The notes: a model not told the origin generated them from the sequence alone. 32,000 nucleotides of DNA from Nitrosospira multiformis ATCC 25196 (GCF_000196355.1 NC_007614.1:1-32000); one strand, 5' to 3'; positions 13,268 to 26,102 are shown, counted from the stretch's first letter. Numbers and translations are program-made.

Positions 13268-13377
13268 AATACTCGAGCAATGGGTGGCAGAGTAAGGCAG
13301 GATAAAGCCGCCATCAGCGAATGTGTGACAGGTAAAAAGAAGCAGAACGCGATGCAGAATCAGGTGGGAAGCGGGAA

Positions 13378-13854
13378 GTGAAACGAGTGGAGAAACGGGC
13401 GGAGAAACAGGGAAGGGGTACTGCGCGAAAAAGCCGCCGGCGCCTGGCGCGTGAACTGGCATTGCAGGGGTTGTATCAGTGGTGCGTAGCGGGTGGAAGC
13501 GCCGGTACCATCGAAGCGCAGCTTCGGGACACGGAGGAGTTCCCGAAAACGGACGAGGAATATTTCTCCCGCCTGCTCCATGGCGTGTTGATGCAAGCAC
13601 CTGAGCTCGAGAAGGAAATCCAGCCCTGTCTCGACCGTCCGTTCAACGAACTCAGCCCGGTGGAGATTTCGATATTATTGCTTGGTGCCTATGAGCTGGA
13701 GCGACATCCGGAAATACCGTATCGGGCCGTCATCAATGAAGCGGTGGAACTTGCCAAAGCCTACGGCGGCACGCACGGCCATAAATATGTCAACGGCGTG
13801 CTCGATAAATTGGCGGTAAAGCTGAGGGCGGCCGAGATCGGGGCGAAGATTTGA
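13378..13854 (+). CDS. nusB: Transcription antitermination protein NusB
   Basis: 158 aa. RRLARELALQGLYQW, ELSPVEISILLLGAYEL, PYRAVINEAVELAKAYGGTHGHKYVNGVLDKLA. Located after ribH as in many proteobacteria. Confidence 0.95.
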   Translation: MKRVEKRAEKQGRGTARKSRRRLARELALQGLYQWCVAGGSAGTIEAQLRDTEEFPKTDEEYFSRLLHGVLMQAPELEKEIQPCLDRPFNELSPVEISILLLGAYELERHPEIPYRAVINEAVELAKAYGGTHGHKYVNGVLDKLAVKLRAAEIGAKI

Positions 13855-13915
13855 CCGCGGGGGTGTCAGGGCCGCCAGCCATTTCCGCTGCTTCTGGCGT
13901 GAAGTGACGGCATGA

Positions 13916-14941
13916 ATGGATCTTGTAGGTGGAAGTAAAGTGCTGTCGGAATTTGACATCATCCGGTCTTTTTTCACCCGCTCCGCTCCGGCTACAGTGT
14001 TGGGTATAGGGGACGATGCGGCGCTCATCCGGCCTGCACCCGGGATGGAACTGGCAATCTCGAGCGACATGCTGGTTTCCGGGCGTCATTTTTTCGAAGA
14101 TGTGGATCCGTACAAGCTCGGCCACAAATCTCTGGCAGTGAATCTTTCCGATATGGCGGCAATGGGTGCCCGTCCCCGTTGGGCAACCCTTTCGCTGGCG
14201 CTGCCAGAATCAGTAGTACAAAAGGATGAGTCATGGCTGCGAGCGTTTGCTGACGGATTTTTTGCGCTTGCGCATGTCCATCGGGTTGATCTGATCGGCG
14301 GCGATACCACCAATGGTCCCCTGAATATCTGCGTGACGATCATTGGCGAAGCGCCGGAAGGAAAAGCCTTGCGCCGCAGCGGCGCCAGGGCGGGGGATGA
14401 TATCTGGGTTTCGGGCTACCTCGGGGATGCGGCTCTCGCGCTTGCTTACCAAAAAAAAAAGATCATGCCGAAACCGGGCGAAGTGGAAGCCGCAGAATTG
14501 GAAGCTGCGGAGTTGGAATTCCTTATGGCCGCGCTTGAGATGCCCATTCCCCGTGTGGAACTGGGGCAGCGTCTGATCGGCCTTGCCCATAGCGCCATCG
14601 ATATTTCAGACGGTCTGCTGGCCGACCTCGGACATATTCTGGAGTGTTCAAGAGTGGCGGCTGTTGTCAGAATCGATCGGATACTCCGGTCGGCAGCGAT
14701 GGAGAAACATTTTCCTCACCCCCTTGCGATAGAATGCCTGCTTGCGGGGGGAGACGATTATGAGTTGTGCTTTACCGTGCCGAAGTCGGAGCGAATAAAG
14801 GTGGAACTGCTTTCGCGCGAGGAAGGTATTCCGTTAACACGTATTGGCAGCATCGAGGAGGGGGCAGGCTTGGTCGTGCTCGATTCCGCAGGCAGAACAG
14901 TCACTACGAGGGTCAAAGGTTATGACCATTTCCAAGTCTGA
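13916..14941 (+). CDS. thiL: Thiamine-monophosphate kinase
   Basis: 341 aa. LSEFDIIRSFF, GIGDDAALI, LAVNLSDMAAMGARPRW, LIGGDTTNGP, AIDISDGLLADLGHI, GGDDYELCFTVP. Confidence 0.95.
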   Translation: MDLVGGSKVLSEFDIIRSFFTRSAPATVLGIGDDAALIRPAPGMELAISSDMLVSGRHFFEDVDPYKLGHKSLAVNLSDMAAMGARPRWATLSLALPESVVQKDESWLRAFADGFFALAHVHRVDLIGGDTTNGPLNICVTIIGEAPEGKALRRSGARAGDDIWVSGYLGDAALALAYQKKKIMPKPGEVEAAELEAAELEFLMAALEMPIPRVELGQRLIGLAHSAIDISDGLLADLGHILECSRVAAVVRIDRILRSAAMEKHFPHPLAIECLLAGGDDYELCFTVPKSERIKVELLSREEGIPLTRIGSIEEGAGLVVLDSAGRTVTTRVKGYDHFQV

Positions 14942-15554
14942 CAACCGGAGCGATAATTCGCCTGATCGCAGGCCTCTCGAGGTGGAATCCACGCTCCCGC
15001 CTTCCGTCGACAAGGGGGATGAAGCCCGACGAGAGGCTCTTCCGCTCCTGCCTTCCCCCTGGATCGAACGCCCCATACCTGACAAGACATTCATTCGCGG
15101 CAGCGTGGCACATTTCATCGCCTTCGCCGGAGGCGTCGGATTGAGTCCCGTGGCACCCGGCACAGCCGCTACCCTGGTCGCGTTCCCCCTGTTCTGGGTA
15201 CTCGAATATATTTTCGATCCCCCCGGTTTTCTCCTGTTTCTTGTTGCCGCGTTCGGTATCGGCATCTGGGCTTGCGAAGTGACAGGACGGGCATTGAGGA
15301 ATACCGACCACGGCGGCATCGTCTGGGACGAGGTCACTGCTTTCCTGCTGGTGCTGTTCTTTACACCCAAGGGCCTGATGTGGCAGGCATTCGCATTTCT
15401 GCTGTTTCGTTTGTTCGATATAATCAAACCGGCGCCTATCCGTTACTACGAAAAAAAGCTGCGTGGCGGATTCGGCGTGATGTTCGACGACCTGCTGGCA
15501 GCTTTCTTCACGCTTTTGTGTCTGGCCTTCTGGAAGGCTTATGTGACCGGGTAG
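14922..15554 (+). CDS. pgpA: Phosphatidylglycerophosphatase A
   Basis: Trimmed start MTISKSDNRSD. AFAGGVGLSPVAPGTAATL, DHGGIVWDEVTAFLL, RLFDIIKPAPIRYYEKKLRGGFGVMFDDLLAA. Overlaps the thiL end. Confidence 0.92.
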   Translation: MTISKSDNRSDNSPDRRPLEVESTLPPSVDKGDEARREALPLLPSPWIERPIPDKTFIRGSVAHFIAFAGGVGLSPVAPGTAATLVAFPLFWVLEYIFDPPGFLLFLVAAFGIGIWACEVTGRALRNTDHGGIVWDEVTAFLLVLFFTPKGLMWQAFAFLLFRLFDIIKPAPIRYYEKKLRGGFGVMFDDLLAAFFTLLCLAFWKAYVTG

Positions 15555-15629
15555 CCAACATGCTTTAATAGGCCGCCGCAGAAGCGGGCATTTTTCCAGC
15601 AAGTATGGATATCAGGAGGAGCAACCGAC

Positions 15630-16139
15630 ATGGATGATATGATGCTTCAGGACCTGGCGATGCGGGTTGGAACAGCGCTTGCCCAGCAGGAATTGACGCT
15701 CGTCACGGCTGAATCCTGTACGGGGGGGTGGCTGGGACAGGTCGTTACTTCAGTCGCCGGGAGTTCCGGCTGGTATGAGCGCGGCTTCATTACCTATGCT
15801 ACGGCTTCGAAACAGGAAATGCTGGGCGTGAGTAACGCGACCCTCGAGCAGTATGGTTCGGTATCGGAACAGACAGCCTCCGAAATGGCCGCGGGGGCGA
15901 TTGCACGCAGCCATGCCCAAGTGGCGGTATCAGTAACCGGTATTGCCGGACCGGAGGGCGGCACCGAGGAAAAGCCGGTCGGAATGGTATGCTTTGCCTG
16001 GATAATGAAAGAGGGAATGGCGCTTGCCGAAACCCGATATTTCAGCGGCAGCCGCGAGGAGATAAGGCGCCAATCCGTATCGGGAGCGCTGCAAGGCCTG
16101 ATCGATCTGCTACACAGTATCCCGCCCGCCGTCGCATAA
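15630..16139 (+). CDS. pncC: CinA C-terminal domain / nicotinamide-nucleotide amidohydrolase
   Basis: 169 aa. LTLVTAESCTGGWLGQVVTSVAGSSGWYERGFITYATASKQEMLGV, VSVTGIAGPEGGTEEKPVGMV. Confidence 0.93.
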   Translation: MDDMMLQDLAMRVGTALAQQELTLVTAESCTGGWLGQVVTSVAGSSGWYERGFITYATASKQEMLGVSNATLEQYGSVSEQTASEMAAGAIARSHAQVAVSVTGIAGPEGGTEEKPVGMVCFAWIMKEGMALAETRYFSGSREEIRRQSVSGALQGLIDLLHSIPPAVA

Positions 16140-16150
16140 CTCCCCGTTGC

Positions 16151-16798
16151 TCAATGATCGCTCTCGTGCCCGCCAGGACGGGACATCAGCCGGTCACTAT
16201 AGGCAATTGCGATTGCGGACAACAGGAAAACTATGTGGATTCCGGTCTGGGCCAGGATCGTTTTCTCATCATATGCATTGGCGTTGATGAATGTCTTCAG
16301 CAGATGAATGGAAGAAATGCCGATAATAGCGGTGGAAAGCTTGACTTTCAGCACCGTTGCGTTGACATGTGATAACCATTCCGGCTGATCGGGGTGTCCT
16401 TCCAGATTCATGCGGGAGACAAAAGTCTCATAGCCTCCGATGATTACCATGATGAGCAGGTTGGAGATCATCACCACGTCGATCAGACCCAGTACGACCA
16501 GCATGATCGTCGTTTCCCCGATCTTCTTGGGTGGAGCGGCGCCCTCGATCGAAACCGCATCCAGGGTGTGCTCCAGCGCCTCCTTGTTACCCATCACTGC
16601 TCCGATCAGGTCAAGTAATTCCACCCAGAAGTGATAAACGTAGACGCATTGCGCAAGAATCAGCCCAAGGTACAGGGGCAATTGCAGCCAGCGTGTGGTA
16701 AATATGAAATATGCCAGCGGCTGGATCTTTCTTGATCTCCCGGAGTAGACGGGCAGTGGGGTATCGTTGGTATCGTTAGAGTCCTCGTTGATTTTCAT
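16151..16798 (-). CDS. YqhA/UPF0114-type multi-TM membrane protein
   Basis: 215 aa with several TM segments. LPLYLGLILAQCVYVYHFWVELLDL, LVLGLIDVVMISNLLIMVIIGGYETFVS, STAIIGISSIHLLKTFI. Confidence 0.85.
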   Translation of the reverse strand: MKINEDSNDTNDTPLPVYSGRSRKIQPLAYFIFTTRWLQLPLYLGLILAQCVYVYHFWVELLDLIGAVMGNKEALEHTLDAVSIEGAAPPKKIGETTIMLVVLGLIDVVMISNLLIMVIIGGYETFVSRMNLEGHPDQPEWLSHVNATVLKVKLSTAIIGISSIHLLKTFINANAYDEKTILAQTGIHIVFLLSAIAIAYSDRLMSRPGGHESDH

Positions 16799-16950
16799 TC
16801 AATTCTGTGGATTTTGCGGTGAGAAATAGCCGCTATTTTACACGCCGGCTGTTTCGTTGCGCACATCGTTCATGGGGTTTCGACAGTCTGTCGACATACC
16901 ATGTACTATGATCTGCCGATGCCCCTTCCGAATAAGAGAAGAATACGAAC

Positions 16951-18386
16951 ATGACCGCGATTTCTTCCCTCGCGCTGTTGGTGTTTGCGTCGGCCTTGTT
17001 TTTGCCGCTCTTGCCAGGAGCCAGCGCGAAAACTCCGGAGCAGGTTTTTACGGAGGAAAGGGGGAGCATCGTGTCGATTGATATGTTGAATGCACGGGGT
17101 GAACTGGCTGTTCAGGGCAGTGGCGTGGCGCTGGGCGCAGACCAAGTGATCACTACTTGCGATGTCGCCCGCCAGGCAGAAAGCGCACGAGTGGGCTGGG
17201 CGGGAAGGATATTCAAGGCCAAGCCGGCACCATCGCAGACACATCTCAATCTTTGTCGCCTCCGTGTTGCTGGTATGCACGCTCCGTCGCTTGCTTTAGG
17301 TGGCGCAGAAAAGCTCAGGGTGGGACAGCCGGTAAATGCAATCGGTCTGCCTCATGCAAGGCTCGGCGGCAGGTTGAAAGGAAACAGAAACGAGGAAAGA
17401 AGGAACGGGCGCGACAGGATCTGCCCGATGTGCGATGGGAGCAAAGTCACCGGATTGCAGGAGGAACACCGACGTGACCCGATCCTGGCCGAAGGCGTGG
17501 TGGCGGTAATGCGCCCCTACGCAGGGTCCCGCTACATGAGAATTTCGGCACCCCTCCTGCCGGGTTTCAGCGGCGGGGGACTATTCGACGAACAAGGCCA
17601 GCTGGTCGGAATTCTCTCGCCCCAACGTGTAGAAGGTGAATCGCTTGCTTTCGTATTGCCGTCCGATTGGCTTGACAGTCTCCCGAAAATGACACAAGCC
17701 CCCCGGCCAATGGACCCAAAGTCAGCGGACCCAGGGCATGGGCTCGTCTGGCTCAATCAAACGCTGGCGCTGGAAAAGAAGGCCGACTGGCGCAGGTTGT
17801 TGAAGCTCTCGCAGCAGGAGACCGGGCGCGACCCGTCGAATGCTGCTGCCTGGTTTAACGTGGGGATTGCTTCCTGCAATCTCAAGCAATATTCCCAGGC
17901 GGTTAACGCATACCGGGAAGCCATTCGTCACCATGCGGGCTATGCCGATGCCTGGCATAAACTGGGGATGGCTTACGCGCATCTCAAAGACTACGAGAAC
18001 GCAAGCCAGGCCTACGAGGATGCGGTTCGCCTGGATCCCGATAATGGCGAGGCCTGGTACGATCTGGGCAATACTTACCATCACCTCAAAAAATATGCGC
18101 ACACCATTCATGCCTACCGGCACGCCCTCCGGATTGATCCGAAAAATTTCAGGGCTTGGTACAACTGGGAGTGACCTATGACGAGTTGAAACTGCACGGC
18201 GAGGCGGTTGAGGCATACCGGAAAACAGTGGTGCTTCAGCCGGAGAATGCGGATGCGTGGTACAACCTTGGGGTGGACTATGCCATTCTGGATGAGCGCG
18301 ACAGGATACGCGAGATCTACAAGACGCTGCGCAAGCTGGATCCATCCAGGGCCGAACGGTATTTCAATACTTATATCCTGCCATGA
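16951..18386 (+). pseudogene. Trypsin-like peptidase domain + TPR protein, reading frame broken by a 1-nt shift
   Basis: 16951..18174 encodes a signal peptide, a trypsin-like domain (GSGVALGADQVITTCDV...APLLPGFSGGGLFDEQG) and TPR units, ending ...FRAWYNWE*. Overlapping ORF 18156..18386 continues the TPR in the -1 frame (MVQLGVTYDELKLHGEAVEAYRKTVVLQPENADAWYNLGVDYAIL). Adding 1 nt in AACTGGG restores AWYNLGVTYDEL. Confidence 0.8.
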
Positions 18387-18528
18387 ACATCCCCGATGTT
18401 CATTAGAGCAGAAGAATGTTTCCAGCACGGATAAACATGTTTCCGCTGAACACGTTGTCATTTTTCCCCTGCTTTCCCGCGGGGGTCACGTATGCGATAA
18501 TTGACCCATCTTCAAAGGAAAAAATTTC

Positions 18529-19548
18529 ATGGACGAAAACAGAAGCAAGGCATTGGCGGCGGCGCTTTCCCAGATCGAAAAGCAGTTCGGCAAGGGTTCG
18601 ATCATGCGGCTGGGGGCAAGCGATGTCGGCAAGGACGTGCAGGTCATCTCCACCGGTTCGCTGGGCCTGGATATTGCGCTCGGAGTGGGTGGCCTGCCGC
18701 GCGGGCGGATTGTGGAAATCTATGGGCCGGAATCCTCGGGCAAGACGACACTCACCCTGCAAGTGATCGCGGAGATGCAAAGAATGGGCGGCACGGCGGC
18801 ATTCATCGATGCGGAACACGCACTGGATTCGCAATACGCGCAAAAACTTGGTGTCAATGTTCAGGACTTGCTGATCTCGCAACCGGATAACGGTGAGCAG
18901 GCGTTGGAAATAGCCGACATGCTGGTGCGCTCCGGCTCGATCGATGTGGTGGTTGTGGATTCCGTCGCAGCCCTCACCCCGCGGGCGGAAATCGAGGGTG
19001 AGATGGGCGAGCCGCAAATGGGTCTTCACGCCCGGCTGATGTCGCAAGCGTTGCGCAAGCTCACCGGCAACATCAAGCGCAGCAATACCATGGTAATCTT
19101 CATCAATCAGATACGCATGAAAATCGGCGTCATGTTCGGCAGCCCCGAAACCACGACCGGAGGCAATGCGCTGAAATTCTACGCATCCGTGCGTCTCGAT
19201 ATCCGCCGCACCGGTTCCATCAAGAAGGGCGAAGAGGTGATTGGCAGCGAGACCCGGGTGAAGGTGGTCAAGAACAAGGTGGCACCCCCCTTCAGGCAGG
19301 CAGAATTCGATATTCTCTACGGTGAAGGCATTTCGCGCGAGGGCGAAATCATCGAGCTGGGGGTGCAGCACAAGCTGATTGACAAATCCGGCGCCTGGTA
19401 CGCCTACAAGGGAGACAAGATAGGCCAGGGCAAGGATAACGTGCGCGAGTATCTGAAAGAGCATCGCGACATTGCCATGGAGATCGAGTCGAAAATCCGG
19501 GCGGCTGTCGGAGTTTCCAACCCGGCCGAACCTGCCCCCGTGGAATGA
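18529..19548 (+). CDS. recA: Recombinase RecA
   Basis: 339 aa. [68 protein letters not shown]. Confidence 0.99.
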
Positions 19549-19615
19549 GCGCGCCAAGCGGCGGAAACGTGGCGGCGTCGCTTTCTAGATCCCGAAGGTA
19601 GATTCCTAGGATGCC

Positions 19616-20068
19616 ATGACGCGCGCGCCGAGTCTCAAAACCCGGGCGTTGGGTTATCTGGCCAAGCGTGAGCATTCCCGGCTGGAACTGGAAAAAAAGC
19701 TTGCGCCTCATGCCGAAACTCCGGAGGAACTTTCCTCGGTGCTGGATGGGCTCGAGCAGCGCGGATTTCTGTCGGCGGCTCGTCTGGTCGAGCAGATAAT
19801 GCACATGCGCAAGGCCAGGTTCGGCAGTTTGCGAATCCTGCAGGAGTTGCGCGAAAAAGGCATCGAAGAGAATTTGATCACCGCGGTCCTGCCTGATCTC
19901 AGGGAAGCCGAGCAGCGCAGCGCGTACGAAGTATGGCGGAAAAAGTTCGGCGCAATCCCTGCGGATGCGAAAGCCTTCGGCAGGCAGACACGGTTTCTGT
20001 TGGGGCGCGGATTCAGGCCGGAAGTGGTGCGCCGCGTGTTGCAACACCCCGATAAGGAAGAAGGTTGA
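19616..20068 (+). CDS. recX: Regulatory protein RecX
   Basis: 150 aa immediately downstream of recA. ALGYLAKREHSRLELEKKL, LDGLEQRGFLSAARLVEQIMHMR, GFRPEVVRRVL. Confidence 0.93.
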   Translation: MTRAPSLKTRALGYLAKREHSRLELEKKLAPHAETPEELSSVLDGLEQRGFLSAARLVEQIMHMRKARFGSLRILQELREKGIEENLITAVLPDLREAEQRSAYEVWRKKFGAIPADAKAFGRQTRFLLGRGFRPEVVRRVLQHPDKEEG

Positions 20069-20517
20069 AAAATCACTTGTCTCGTTTGTCCCGGCGCACG
20101 GCCCAATTTCTACAAGCTGTGTTCCTCGTGGCCGCTCTCGGGATTTTGCTGGGCAGTTGTGACCGTCTTCGCGCGACACCCATCAACGAAGTCAATACCT
20201 CCCCTGCAAATTTTGACGGGAAGGAGGTCGTGTTTCATGGCGTGGTAACGGAGTTGACGCGGATCCCGCTGATCGATATGAAGTCTTTTATATTGAAAGA
20301 CGAAAGCGGGGAGATCGCTATCCTCACTGATCACGATTTGCCGAAAAGCGGTCAAGAACTGAGCGTCAAGGTGAAGGTCCAAAATCTCGCAATCATAAAC
20401 GGCGAACCTCTGGGAACGACGATAACGGAAATAGAGAGGCAAGAATGGGCCATCAAGGATTGGATAAACCGGACAGTAAGCCAGGCAGCAAGCAATCTGC
20501 CCCGTCTGATTAAATGA
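20065..20517 (+). CDS. Small predicted lipoprotein, OB-fold-like
   Basis: 150 aa, apparent TTG start overlapping the recX stop. Lipobox-like LGILLGSC, then KEVVFHGVVTELTRIPLIDMKSFILKDESGEIAILTD, a beta-rich OB-like pattern. Confidence 0.7.
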   Translation: MKNHLSRLSRRTAQFLQAVFLVAALGILLGSCDRLRATPINEVNTSPANFDGKEVVFHGVVTELTRIPLIDMKSFILKDESGEIAILTDHDLPKSGQELSVKVKVQNLAIINGEPLGTTITEIERQEWAIKDWINRTVSQAASNLPRLIK

Positions 20518-20523
20518 AGCGAG

Positions 20524-24103
<3,580 letters not shown>

Positions 24104-24227
24104 GGCGGGGAGCGGCAACCAGAACAGGACTTCCGCGTAATTTGCCAATGCGTAATTTGCCAATTCACGCCCCCCTTCAAGCCTTCAAGCCCGGTCGATA
24201 TCCACGTTATCCACGGCCCGAGGGGAA

Positions 24228-24893
24228 TTGGCCGAAGGGAGTTGCTCGGGGACCGAGATGAGAAGACGGGAAGGAAAGCCCGGCATCCATACCACCACAC
24301 GCACAGAAACTGCTGCCGGGAGCGATAAACGCGAGGGAACCGGCGCATCCATCGGGGATAATGATGCTGCCGTGTTTCGTGCTGCCATGCGTGACGTCGC
24401 CCCCCTCGCCCCAACCGATAAGGTCATCCTTTCGGCCAGCCATCCGCCACCTGTCCCCCTTCAGTTTCAACCTGCACGCCCTGCTGTCCATGATGCCCTG
24501 TCGGACGATGGCCACCCCCTGGAGCCTGGCGATGAGTGGGCTTTTTTGCGCCCCGGGGTCTCGCGCCAGACCTTGCGCCGGCTGCGGCGAGGCTATTGGA
24601 AAATTGAGGCCCAGCTTGACCTGCACGGGCTTACGCGGGAGGAAGCACGGCTCGCGCTGGGGGTGTTCCTGGATGCGAGCGGCGAAAGTGGGAAGCGTTG
24701 CGTGCGAGTGATACACGGCAAGGGATTCGGATCGCAGAATCGGGAGCCCGTTCTGAAAACCCGGATTGGCGGCTGGCTCTTCCAACGGGAGGATGTGCTG
24801 GCTTTCTGCCAGGCGAGGCCGGCGGAGGGCGGCAGCGGCGCCGTCCTCGTGCTGCTCAGGATATTCTCGGACAGTCAGCCGGCAACCCCGTGA
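24228..24893 (+). CDS. Smr-domain protein
   Basis: 221 aa with the Smr signature LDLHGLTREEARLALGVFLDASGESGKRCVRVIHGKGFGSQNREPVLK. Confidence 0.87.
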   Translation: MAEGSCSGTEMRRREGKPGIHTTTRTETAAGSDKREGTGASIGDNDAAVFRAAMRDVAPLAPTDKVILSASHPPPVPLQFQPARPAVHDALSDDGHPLEPGDEWAFLRPGVSRQTLRRLRRGYWKIEAQLDLHGLTREEARLALGVFLDASGESGKRCVRVIHGKGFGSQNREPVLKTRIGGWLFQREDVLAFCQARPAEGGSGAVLVLLRIFSDSQPATP

Positions 24894-24923
24894 AATATCC
24901 GGGCGCTGCTTAACACGATCTGC

Positions 24924-25319
24924 TTAAAGGGTAGGTTTGTTCTCGTGCATGTAAGTCTTTTCATGCACTTCCTGACAGCGTACGCAACGTTGCGCAGTGG
25001 GATAAACCATGAGCCGGTCGAACCCTATTTCGCCGCCACAGTCGATACAATCGCCGTAATCCAGGTCCGCCAGGCGTTTTAGCGCCGCTTCCACCTCGCG
25101 CATCTCGTTCACCTGGCGATCCACGAGGTTGGCCCCCACGTCCACCAGCATATCCGCTACAGAAGCATCCCCCGGATCAGCGACACTGCCTGCCAGATCG
25201 GCATAGTGCTGATCGCCCGAACTCTCCAGTTCGTCCCGGACCTCTTCCCGCAGTTGCAGGTAGCGTTGTTGCAGAACTTCCTTCAACTGCGCCAATTGCT
25301 CTTCAGTAAATTGTGCCAT
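24924..25319 (-). CDS. DksA/TraR-family zinc-finger transcriptional regulator
   Basis: 131 aa. Coiled-coil N-terminal region and a 4-Cys finger CIDCGGEIGFDRLMVYPTAQRCVRCQ. Somewhat short for canonical DksA. Confidence 0.87.
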   Translation of the reverse strand: MAQFTEEQLAQLKEVLQQRYLQLREEVRDELESSGDQHYADLAGSVADPGDASVADMLVDVGANLVDRQVNEMREVEAALKRLADLDYGDCIDCGGEIGFDRLMVYPTAQRCVRCQEVHEKTYMHENKPTL

Positions 25320-25467
25320 GATAAATTCCTTTATGCTCGGGATTGCCGGCTGACAAACCCTCAGGAAAGAGGAAAACAGATATCCTGCTCAAGCGAATTT
25401 ACAATGCAATTGCATGCAAGGCAGGGGAAACCAGCGTCCAGACTCGAACGAAGGTGCAAATCCTCCC

Positions 25468-25629
25468 TCAGTCTTTTCCGGGAAAACGGAAATCCCTGAC
25501 CGCGGGCAGATTGAAATCCGGCGCGGGCTGCTCCGCTTTCAGTGGAGCGGATGGCTCCGCATTTGCCATATGACTCAAAAAAACCAAGGCCAGCGCCGTG
25601 AGCGCCGCAACTATTTTCCCTGTTTTCAT
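25468..25629 (-). CDS. 53-aa predicted secreted mini-protein (below the ORF-track cutoff)
   Basis: Hand translation MKTGKIVAALTALALVFLSHMANAEPSAPLKAEQPAPDFNLPAVRDFRFPGKD*. Good signal peptide with an ANA|EP cleavage context. Purine-rich GGAG lies upstream of the ATG. Confidence 0.5.
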   Translation of the reverse strand: MKTGKIVAALTALALVFLSHMANAEPSAPLKAEQPAPDFNLPAVRDFRFPGKD

Positions 25630-25831
25630 GAGTATCTCCAATTTTTTAGAGCATGGAGCAAAGCGAAATCTGGCGAAAGCCTCTCAGTTTCCACATCATT
25701 GCAATAAGGGCAATGTTAAGTGCAATGGATTAATTATAGAAGGGTAAGCAGCACTGTGCGCACCCCTTTGCATTGTACTCACCTCTTCTTCCTGCAGGTC
25801 TTGAGCACTTGAATCCTGAATTCTTCGCCTC

Positions 25832-25867
25832 CCGTTCGCCCTGAAACTGTCGAAGGGGAGCGAACGG
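25832..25867. repeat. Small inverted repeat in the noncoding gap
   Basis: CCGTTCGC (25832-25839) and GCGAACGG (25860-25867), in a CTGTCGAAGG / GTTCAGGACAA-type context that resembles dispersed intergenic elements. Copy number cannot be assessed here. Confidence 0.4.
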
Positions 25868-26102
25868 TTCAGGACAAGCCGCCACCAAGCCGTCAAAGGG
25901 GACGAACAGACTGCGGGCATGCCTGTCGAAGGTCGAATGGAGGCATAGTAGGACTTTTCAAAGGAATCGACTGTGCTCAGGACAACACAACTTCTATTCG
26001 AAAAGCAAATAAACGTATGGTGAGTAGAGCAAAGCGCAGGCTACTGATGAAACGTATGGCTCACTTGTTCGATGCCTTGAGAGCTTCTCCGAAGCTCACC
26101 CT

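Noticed and set aside
16857-17081. 74-aa plus-strand ORF overlapping the start of the trypsin-like gene
   Set aside because: Out of frame with the signal-peptide-bearing protease ORF and without any recognisable features.
18403-19557. 384-aa minus-strand ORF opposite recA
   Set aside because: It is the mirror of a highly conserved, unambiguous recA gene. The antisense frame is open because of GC-rich codon usage and its protein has no plausible domain.
24207-24785. 192-aa minus-strand ORF opposite the Smr-domain gene
   Set aside because: The forward frame has the LDLHG / RVIHGKG Smr motifs. The reverse frame is unsupported.
25832-26060. Transposon or IS remnant in the gap before the MFS gene
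   Set aside because: Only an 8-bp inverted repeat and short AACGTATGG duplicates are visible. There is no transposase fragment or long terminal repeats.
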